In this document: positions 54,365 through 64,000 of the stretch, in pieces | Layout of the letters: each line of letters begins with the position of its first letter | Position numbering within the stretch: position 1 is the first letter of the stretch | Assembly: GCA_951406725.2 (NCBI GenBank) | Contig: OX597814.1 | Span: 78,616,001-78,680,000, forward strand | Direction of reading: 5' to 3' | Origin: Octopus vulgaris | Lineage: Eukaryota | Length of the DNA stretch: 64,000 nt | Made by a program: the position numbers and the translations under genes | Notes under the pieces: generated by a model | Databases searched by the model: none | What the model saw: only the letters and a program-made list of their open reading frames with translations | What the model was told of the DNA's origin: nothing

Positions 54365-55510
54365 ATGTGTGCATTATGTAGTCGGTTGAGCTGAAAATAT
54401 GCACACCTATGTTAAAAGTGCTGGCAAGTTTGCATGACAACTATTTTTTTCCTCAAATGAAAGGCGTGACCTCTAGGACAAAATTCCTTATCTTATAAAA
54501 CGTGGCCCCAATAAACCCAGATGAAATCGGGTTATATTAACCAAAATGTGAAAAGGGGTCTAAATGGGGCTGGAAGGGGATTAAAATTTAAAGGAGCGGG
54601 TGTTTAGGAATTCTCTGTTACATCAAGCTAAAAAATTTACGCCAGCCTTTTAATCGTCAATGTGTTGCCGTCCATGATGAAGAAGTTTTGAATGCTTGCC
54701 ATGGTGAGTCTACTGTCGTGAGAAAGAATCACTTTAAAACTTGGTGTTTAGGAATTTTCTTTTACATCAAGTTCAAAATTTTACGCCAGCCGTTAAACTG
54801 TCAATATGTTGCTGTCCGTCATTAAGAAATGCCAGCCATGGTGACTCTGCTATCCTCAGATTCTATCCTTTCAAACTTTGGTTTCCAATATTTTATTATT
54901 TTCATTCAGCTCGCAAGTTCGTCTGTCCCTTTTAAATGTTAGTGTTTTGCTGTCTGCCTTGAAGCAGACCTTCCCGTTGTCACTGCCTGATATTTATGAC
55001 TGATCTTTCAAAATATTTTATTTCTCAACTTACTCAAGATCTTTTGTTGTTTATAAATGTGAGAGAGATAGATAAAAATAGAGAGTAAGAGAAAGCGAGG
55101 GAGAGTCCGAGAGAAAAGAAAAGTAAGAGAGTGGGAAAGTGAGAGAGAAACAAAGAGGGAGAATCATCATCATCATCATCATTTAACGTCCCTTTTCCGT
55201 GCTAGCACGGGTTGGACAGGCTCCAGGCTCCAGTCTGATCTGGCAGTGTTTCTACAGGTGGATGCCCTTCCTAACACCAACCACTCTGTGAGTGTAGTGG
55301 GTGCTTTTTTCGTGCTGCCGGCACAGGTGCCAGGGGGTTTGGCAGCGGCCATGATTGGTTGGTGCTTTTTACGTGCCACTGGCACAGAAGCCAGTCAAGG
55401 CGGCGCTGCAATCGGCCACATTTGGATGGTACTTTTTACGTGCTGAAAGGAAGCAACAGAAAGTAACAACCACACTCTTACCCGCGCGTAGAGCGGGTCA
55501 CCTTTAGCTA

Positions 55511-55511
<1 letters not shown>
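53468..55511 (+). mobile_element. ~2-kb non-autonomous Helitron with internal duplications and a nested RTE 3' copy
   Basis: A|TCTCTATTTAT..(GTTT)n start; end ACCCGCGCGTAGAGCGGGT hairpin ..CTAG|T. ~65-bp tandem duplication at 53668-53798; dispersed duplication 54598/54743. Pairing of the two ends is inferred. Confidence 0.7.
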
Positions 55512-55555
<44 letters not shown>

Positions 55556-55639
55556 CACATATATAAATCATCGTCATTGTTGATGATTTATATATACATA
55601 TAAATATACATACTTACACACACACAGACATCAAACTCA

Positions 55640-56450
55640 GCAACAACACCCCGGTCTCATGCCATTTCCGCTCTACCGGTCATTCTTTACAACACCTGTC
55701 TGTGTTAAGATTGTCCTTGCACAGGGGTTATCTGGACTCCTGTCTTCGCCGTGAACAGGGATTAATCTTCTCTCTTCGCTCCTTTGCGCCACATGGGCTC
55801 AACTCTCCTCCCCGATTCATCTAACCCACCTCCTCTCTCCTTTCCACACCTACTTCCTCACACCCACCTTTCCTCTCTTGCTCTGACACCTACTTCCCCT
55901 TTTCACTCCTACCCACCTTCTCCCTTCCACCCCTCCCTCATTATCCTGCCTCTACATATTCCAACCCCAACATCCCTATACATCCCAACCCACCCCAACC
56001 CCACCCATGCTTCCCCCACTCTCACCTCCTCACACCCCAACACCACCACATCACACCATACACTGCCACACCACACAACCCCATGAACACTAGCACTGAC
56101 CACTTCCCAGCACCCCCACCATCATTCACACACCTATACATGCACACACACACGCGTCAAGGTCATCCTCCCCTTCCACATGCAAGCTCTTACATACACA
56201 TGCACGTGCACCTTCATTTTGGGATCACCATTACTTTATTATCTCCCCTTCTTCTTAACTCTCGTGTGTGACACCTCTGTCCGGCATTTACCATGATAGA
56301 TCACTAGCCATTAACCTTTTTTATTCCTTTCTGTTGAAGAATGTAGGCTCAAAACGTAAAAGACTTTCTTACTTCCTGAGCATTGAACTGATACATTTGT
56401 TTGTTGTTTACACACCCGTCTTTCTCTTTTGCTTTTTTGTAAATTCTCAC
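55640..56450 (+). mobile_element. Second Penelope 3' fragment (diverged subfamily) with decayed hammerhead-like motif at 56326-56363
   Basis: 55640-55824 aligns to the GIY-YIG C-terminus at 50410-50595; CTTTCTGTTGAAGAATGTAGGCTCAAAACGTAAAAGAC. Confidence 0.85.
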
Positions 56451-56943
56451 TATACATACATATATACACATATGCAAATACACATATAAATATACTACAC
56501 ACACACACACACCACCTCTCCACCACCACATATATATACATATATATACATACACACTACTTGTATTAATCGGTTAGTGATATTTATAACTAACCAGAAT
56601 GAGATGATAACTATATAACTCTAATTACATGCTATCTTTTTATGTCTGGGTGAGAGTCGTTCCGTTGCAGACACATGACCTCTATTAGGTCATAGAGAAA
56701 GGTCACCAAATCCAATTTTAGTACATTTATTTTGACAAGAGAAAACAAAATTCTCTAGAATGGATTTATATTTTTAATTGACATTTGAATACAAGATAAA
56801 TTAATTGATTCACAAACATATCCAGTCACACATTTTTCCCACAAAAACTCCTACAAACAGTGGTGAAGCATAAAAAGTAGAGATGATATGGTTATATAAT
56901 GAGACCCAATGGCTTTGTGAGGGCAATTCTTCAAGGAACTATA

Positions 56944-57121
56944 CGAGGTTGTGTTGAAAAGTTCTTTGCTTTGGGTAAAAGAAAATAATGGAGGATCAGT
57001 TAATTATAACTTTATTCAAAATATTCCCCTCTCAGATTCAAACACTTATTGCAGCGATCCTTCAGTTTTTCTTAGCCCTGTAAAAGGGCTCAGAAGCCAG
57101 GAACTTTTCAGCACCCACTTG
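56944..57121. mobile_element. Mariner-type MITE (~180 bp)
   Basis: TA|CGAGGTTGTGTTGAAAAGTTCTTTGCTT ... AAGCCAGGAACTTTTCAGCACCCACTTG|TA. Confidence 0.8.
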
Positions 57122-57727
57122 TAGATGGAGAAATAAGAAGAAATAGACAAAGGAAAAGATGGATGGATGGACAAATCCAAGCTCTTGTACACTGCCATGA
57201 CATATGGAGAAGACTGGTGTACAATAAAGATATGCTTGTGTGTGTGTATTTTGTTGGTAAAGGGTATGTTTACATACACACAGTCTTTAAAAATCCTCTA
57301 ACCTTGACCTTAATAAAATTCACACTAACAAAGTCTCACTTGCATGAAAGGCAATATGAAATACAGACACCCTTTGAATCAACAGAATGAACTTGACAAG
57401 AAACAAATTGATTAAATTGATACAGTCTACATATAAACAACCCTAAAACTAATAAAACAAAACACCTAAATACATACATCACCAACAAATTCTATGAAAG
57501 CAAACACTAGGTCATAAAAATATCCAGCAAAGAGACATAAAAATAACAGCCAGTCAATGAATATGACAGAAAAACCATGAAAAGACACAAAAAAAGAGGA
57601 TACACTCACAACAACAAATATAAAAACAAACTACCATACTTAGTTATAACAGTAATCGCCTAAAGATTGCAGTGGCATGAAACTTCAGTTGTGTGATAAA
57701 CATTTAGTTTAAATAAAATACATGTGT

Positions 57728-59010
57728 AGGAAGGCAGACAAATCACAAATCCCTTCGGATAGATGGCCCTGCTTGATCTATAGAAAAGGTGTAGGTAGAA
57801 ACTCCATAAGATGTACCCAGTGTAAGCTATGGACACATAAGAGGTGAAGCAATATCAAAGGAAGGCTAACTGGAAAGAAAGTTTTTGTGTGTGGCAAATA
57901 CACAGGGGCAATAAATACTGAAAATGTGCTGAAAACAGCTTCCATCAAATGCCAGGGGAAAAAACTAGTAGTTGATAGCTTCTGTTACCTAGGTTACCAA
58001 GTCAGTAGTGGAGGTGGATGCTCTGAGAGCATAGCTGCTAGAATAAGAATAGCCTGGGCAAAGTTCAGAGAGCTCCTACCTCTGCTGGTGACAAAGGGCC
58101 TCTCGCTTAGCGTGAAAGGTAGACTGTATGATGCATGTGTGTTACCAGCCATGCTACACAGCAGTGGAACATGGGCTGTGACTGCTGAGGACATGCGTAA
58201 GCTTGAAAGAAATGAGGCTAGTAAGTTCTGCTGGATATGTAATGTCAGTGTACATACACGACAGAGTGTAAGCGCCCTGAGAGAAAAGTTGGACATAAAA
58301 AGCATTAGTTGCGGTGAGCAAAAGAGATGATTGTACTGGTATGGTCATGTGTTGCATATGGATGAAGACAGCTGTGTGTAAAAGTGTGACTCCCTAACAG
58401 TGGAGGGAATCTGTAGAAGAGGAAGACCTGGGATGAGGTGGTGAAGCATGACCTTTGAACATTGGGCCTTATGGAGGCAATGACAAGCGACCGAGACCTT
58501 TGGAGATATGCTGTGCTTGAGAAGACCCAGCAAGCGAAGTGAGATGATAACCATGGCCTATGCCAGTGTGGCATAACCGGCCCATTTAAGAGTACCCTTC
58601 AATCATTGGGCAATAAACTGTGCTTGAGAAGACCTGTTAAGTGAAATCATTGTTAGGGCCAATGCCAGTACTGCCTCACTGGCACTCATGCCAGTGGCAC
58701 ATAATAAGCACTATATGAATGTGATTGATGCCAGTGCCACTCGACTGGCTCTTGTGCTGGTGGCATGTAAAAAGTACCATTTGAGCATGGTCAATGCCAG
58801 TACTGCTTGACTGGCCCTTGTGCCAGTGGCACATAAAAAGCACCTTCTACACTCTTGGAGTGGTTGGTGTTAGGAAGGGCATCCACTGTAGAAACCTTGC
58901 CAGATCAGATTGGAGCTTGGTACAGCCTTCTGGTTTGGTAGTCCTCAGTCAAACTGCCTAACCCATGCCAGTATGGAAAGAGGACATTAAACTATGATAA
59001 TGATGATGAT
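57728..59010 (+). mobile_element. RTE (RTE-X-like) LINE 3' portion: Cys-rich insert, RT C-terminus, 3' UTR with tandem sub-repeats and (GAT)n tail
   Basis: WPCL..KGVGRNSIRCTQCKLWTHKR, then VVDSFCYLG..ARIRIAWAKFRELLPLL..KGRLYDACV. It continues into the same 3' UTR as the many short copies. Confidence 0.9.
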
Positions 59011-60083
59011 GGTATATTTAGCACCAAGCTGTTAAAGATATTTTTTATTGAGTACATAAATAAACTGCTTGGGCAGTAGTGATGTTTGTTTATATCTTAT
59101 GTCCTCCATGAACAATATGCTTAGCATCCTGGCACTTTGTCTTGCAAAGGCCAGGGGGATAAAGTACTTTCCTTCAAAAAACAGTAAGGGTTGGTATCAG
59201 GAAGGGCATGCATCCATAGAATACTTCATCATAAAATCTCATTTAGCTCATGCCAGCATGTAAAAAGTAGATATAAAAATGGTGCATGTGTGTGTGTGTC
59301 AGTCTGGCTTTCCTGATGGCCCTGTAAACATCCATATGGAATTCCGAAGTGGCAAGAGACTGACTCAACCGAAATGAAAATATTATTAATCTTTACTGTA
59401 GTGCTGAGTACTCTTTCTACCAACAGTCATCCCTAAATGTGTGTGTGTGTGTATATATATATACATACACATACACATATATACACACATATATATGTAG
59501 TACATATGTTTGTGTATATGTATGTAAGTATGTGTGTGTATATATATATATATAGTACATTTGTGAGTGAATATATGTACACACACATGTATGTGCACTT
59601 TTAAAATTGGTTAGGTTTCAAAATCAAGGGCCACTTTACAAAATAACAGCAAGCATTCTTCAGACATGTATCATTCTTGCAATGAAAATTGGCCAATTCA
59701 ACAAAAGGACATAATAACAAGGAATTTTCCTGGGAACAAAATTTGTAGTTCCTCAATGGCAAACTTTGTTCCATAATTTAGGGATCTCCTAGCTTGAGCT
59801 GCAAGTGTTGTGTAATCCCAAGTCATCCAACATATGATCAAAGGGGTTTAAACCATGGTATTCTTTTTGGGTGGGGGTGAATATATCACATTAGCTAAAT
59901 GCCTTTTCCTTTTAATATTGTAGGAGATGATCTGGGCAATATTTTGGCAGCTATTTTTGGTGGTTCAAACGAATGCAAAGAAAATCTGTTGTTGGCTTGT
60001 AAGCTGTGCTCTCTGTAGATAGATGTGTTGGAGTTGAGATCAGCGGAAGTGACATAATTCGGAAACGCTGGCTTTCCTTGCAG

Positions 60084-60103
60084 ATTTTGTGGCTTTCAGC
60101 AAA
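60084..60103 (+). other. Possible 20-nt microexon (alternative upstream acceptor at 60019)
   Basis: GCTTTCCTTGCAG|ATTTTGTGGCTTTCAGCAAA|GTAAGT; GTGAC ~30 nt upstream; two TGCATG at 60126 and 60138. Confidence 0.35.
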
Positions 60104-61164
60104 GTAAGTACTGTGATTGAATATTTGCATGCATTTGTGCATGTGCTTGCGTGTTGTGTATGTTGTATGTGTGTGTGTGTAGGTTCCAGAAGTTAACAAA
60201 AAAGGAAAGAGCATCTGTGTAAGGAGAGGCAAAGAGAAACTAAGCAAGAGAGAAATGAAAGAGAGAGTGAGTCTGAGAAAGGGGGAGAGACTGCAAAGAT
60301 CTATACAAGCCAATTTGAATAGCTGTGTGTGTGTGTGTGTGTTTGTATAGGTTTAGGGCATAGTTAAAGGTGGCATATAGGCTTATGTATCTTTTATCTT
60401 TTACTTGTTTCAGTCATTAGACAGTGGCCATGCTAGAGCACAGCCTTAAAGAATCTTAGTCAAATGAATCGGTGCCAGTACTTATTTTCTTTTATTTTTT
60501 TTTAAACCTGGTACTTATTCTAATGGTCTCTTTTGCAAGACTGCTAAGTTATGAAGATGCAAATACATGAAGTTGTCAAGTGATGCTATGGGGACGAATA
60601 CAAAGACACACACACTACTGACTTCTTTCAGTTCCCATCTACCAAACCCACTCACAAAGTTTCCGTTGGCCTGAGGCTGTAGTAGACGACAAATGCCCAA
60701 GGTGCCATGCAATGAGGCTGAACCCAGAACCATGTGGTTGGTAAGCAAGCTTCTTACCACACAACCGTGCTTACACCTGTATGTGTACATAATTTAACAG
60801 CAAAATTGTACAACTTAGAGACAAAGATAGAAGGATGTTAGCAAAGCTGCAGATGGCAAGTATAATGAGCAGCAGCAGTAGTAGTAGTAGTAGTTGTTGT
60901 TGTTGTTGTTGCTGTTGTTAAGCCTTAATCAGTTTTTATGAAGTACACCTATGATCAAAAATGATCCAGCAGAGACCACTCAGTTTTTAAATCTATGGCA
61001 GGGTGGGGGGCACTATTGTCCAGTGAATGCATTCCTCCTTTTTAAACAGCAGGGAATGAGAGTAGAAGGAAATATTCAACTTTTATTTCTAGCAGTGTGA
61101 GCAGCTATTTCGAGGTTTCTTTGCTGACTCCCTCATAATAGTAGTACTAGCATATTTGCATTTA

Positions 61165-61206
<42 letters not shown>

Positions 61207-61354
61207 TGTGTGTATGCATTTGTGTACTTTAAAACCTACAATTATAACATTGATTTTTTACTAATTCCTGTTATGTGTGAGTGTATGTGAGCCAATGTAT
61301 ATAATTTGTGACTATGTGCCCACACATTTTATATACATACATATACACACACAC

Positions 61355-61415
<61 letters not shown>

Positions 61416-62330
61416 CACATACATAAACACATCTACACCACTAACATCCTTACACATACATACTATTATACAATTGGGATTATTCATTTTGTGCTTCACA
61501 TACACACACATCTACACCAGTGATATCCTTACACACACATTTACACATGTGCATTCACCTACAGAAAGATACACACACACACACACACACAAATGTGTGT
61601 GTTTATATGTTCAAGTGCGTGTTTTAAATTACTACTATATTCTAGGCTTTCCACAACTTTTTGAGTTTACCCAATTCCTATTAAATGGGACAATGGGTGA
61701 GAAAGAGACAAGATGTAGAACTGTCTCTGAGCATGTGTATATAAGTGTGCTTTTTTCCCTTTCACTCTCTTCTCTACTATGGTAAAGGGTATGAAATTGG
61801 TGTTGGTGGTGTTGGTATGGGGAAGTGGGGGGTATCTTTCCCCTCTCTTCCTTATCCCACCCAACCATAGTAATGCTGATAACAACAACAACAACAACAC
61901 AACGTAGATAACCTAGCAAGGGTGTTTTTCAAGACACACAGCTTTGGTGCCTCTGTGTAGAGGCCACTGAAGTTAAGTACACAACACAGTGCCAACATCT
62001 TATCATTTCTTGATTACTGTCAGGCTACTGTTTCATGCCATAACTATGGAAGGACAAACAGGAAAGCAAACAAAATTAAAATGAGTTCGTGTGAGTTTGA
62101 AAAGCAAAAAACGAGCGTAGGTGCAGGTGTGGCTGTGTGGTAAGAAGCTTGTTTCCTAACCACATAGTTCTAAGTTCATTCCCACTGTGTGGCACCTGGG
62201 GCAAGCGTCTTCTACTATAGCCTTAGGGTTGACCAAAGCCTTGTGAGAGGATTTGGTAGATGGAATCTGAAAGTAGCCTGTCATACATATATATGTGTGT
62301 ATGTCTTTGTGTTAGTGTTTGTTCTATACC

Positions 62331-62560
62331 TATTTCTTTATTACCCACAAGGGGCTAAACATAGAAGGGACAAAGACAGACATAGGTATTAAGTCGATTA
62401 CATCGACCCCAGTGCGTAACTGGTACTTAACTTATCGACCCCGAAAGGATGAAAGGCAAAGTCGACCTCGGCGGAGTTTGAACTCACAACGTAACGACAG
62501 ATGAATTACGGCTATGCATTTCGCCCGGCGTGCTAACGTTTCTGCCAGCTCGCTGCCTTT
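62331..62560 (-). mobile_element. Young conserved-core SINE nested in a + strand tRNA SINE, 15-bp TSD
   Basis: TGTTTGTTCTATACC at 62316-62330 and 62561-62575; CpGs retained. Confidence 0.9.
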
Positions 62561-62952
62561 TGTTTGTTCTATACCATTGCTTGACAACTGGTGTTGGTGT
62601 GTTTGTGCCCCTGTAATGTAGTGGCTTGGCAAAAAGACCAAGCTTAAAGAAAAAGAAAAAAAAAGTTCTGGTGTCAATTCATGTGATTAAAAACTCTTCA
62701 AGGCAGTGTCCCAGTATGGCCACAGTTTAATGATTGAAACAAGTAAATGATAAGGGAAATAAACTGGAGAGGTATGTGGTATGAATTTAGACAACAAAGA
62801 TGGAAAAAAGTATATGAATATATCATACAGGATGTATTCGTGATTCACTGGAACTAACTCCATTTTGAGAGAAGATAAACAATTACCTAGAGACAATAGC
62901 AAATGAGAAAGGGAGATAATCTCAAGGCTTCAGCAACCAATCACATGAAAAA

Positions 62953-64000
62953 CACTGCCATTGGCGAAAAAAATATCTTTCTTTTTTGTTCCTCTGGAGA
63001 CAAGAGGACAGTTGTGAATAAGTGTGTCTTCTGCCTCAATGAATGTCACAAACACAGTGTTGTTACATATATAACACTGGTCTACAAGGTTTTTAGTGTT
63101 AAGGAAATAGACATCATTCCTATACAAAATTGGTCTCCTGAATCCAAATATAACCTTTTTGACCTATCAGATCTAGTTTTTAAGTTACTGAACATCCCTA
63201 TAGTCACTATGCATGTGTGTACATCCAGTACACAGTGTTCATTACCTTATTCTAATTCTAAGCTTTTTTTTTTTTCTTTTTCCATACTAAGCAACAGAAA
63301 ATAAGCAAGATGTCCTCTTCAAGAAAACGTGTTTTTTTATGTTTGTGGTGAATACACATTACCTTAAATTCAAAAAAAAACATCACTCATTTTGTTGAAA
63401 GAGAATATATGGCATATTCTAGGGTCAAGCTGAGAGATAAATATTGGACATAGTGTTTGCAAACGATGTACAGAACATTTGCAACAATGGACTAAAGGGA
63501 CAAGGAAAAGTATGAGGCTTGCTATACCAATGGTATGGCTGGAGCCCTATAATCACGTGGATGACTGCTATTTTTGTAACCTAAATTTGAAGGTCATTAA
63601 CCGGAAAAATCGACAAATACTTGTCTATCCTAATCTTGCCTCTGCTATTAGACCGGTTCCACACAGTGAAGAGCTTTCTGTTCTTGTCTTCAATGTCTTG
63701 CCTCAGATAACTTTACCCTCAACCAAAGAAGAGCCATCACATGAAGAAGACACTGAAGATCAAGACTTTTCAGTTGAGACTTTACCTAAGCTATTCTCCC
63801 AGGTAGAGTTGAATGATCTAGTTCGTGACTTGAACCTCCCCAAAAATTCTGCAGAAATGTTGGCTTCTTGACTGAAAGAGAAGAATCTTCAGAATCGGCA
63901 TGAAGAGTTCCTTTCTTTTTTTCACAAAAGAGGAAAAGCTGGTTTACTGCAGAGATGTCAGTGGGCTTCTTAATAAACTTGGCATTGAGGAATACAAAGC
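62953..64000 (+). pseudogene. Decayed Chapaev3-like (CMC superfamily) DNA transposon, runs off the window end
   Basis: VCKRCTEHLQQWTKG..IPMVWLEP.NH.DDCYFC..YPNL.SAIRPVPHS..FSQ.ELNDLVRDLNLPK..AE.L.S. Stops and frameshifts present. The CACTG left end is tentative. Confidence 0.8.

Overview
AT-rich, microsatellite-dense eukaryotic DNA. The repeat content strongly suggests an octopus (coleoid cephalopod) genome: octopus-type tRNA SINEs, RTE LINE 3' ends with (GAT)n tails, Penelope, mariner, Helitron, Dong/R4 and Chapaev relics. No intact multi-exon gene is visible, and nearly all ORFs in the supplied track are microsatellite or transposon artefacts. The window looks like giant intron(s) of a + strand gene, with one well-signalled 60-nt exon (30816-30875) and a possible 20-nt microexon (60084-60103). 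The most interesting signal is RNA-level: at least four unrelated small elements sitting in or next to (TA)n tracts carry type-I hammerhead ribozyme motifs. These are (i) a near-canonical hammerhead inside a 352-bp unit with 31-bp terminal direct repeats (retrozyme/pLTR-like, 28495-28877), (ii) a five-copy Penelope family with a consistent non-canonical CUGUNGA core, (iii) a hammerhead with a very long stem II region, and (iv) a decayed one with an inverted flank. Also present are a perfect 83-bp template-switch palindrome, nested transposons with verifiable TSDs, and chimeric Helitrons. All calls were made by eye; no database searches or folding programs were run.
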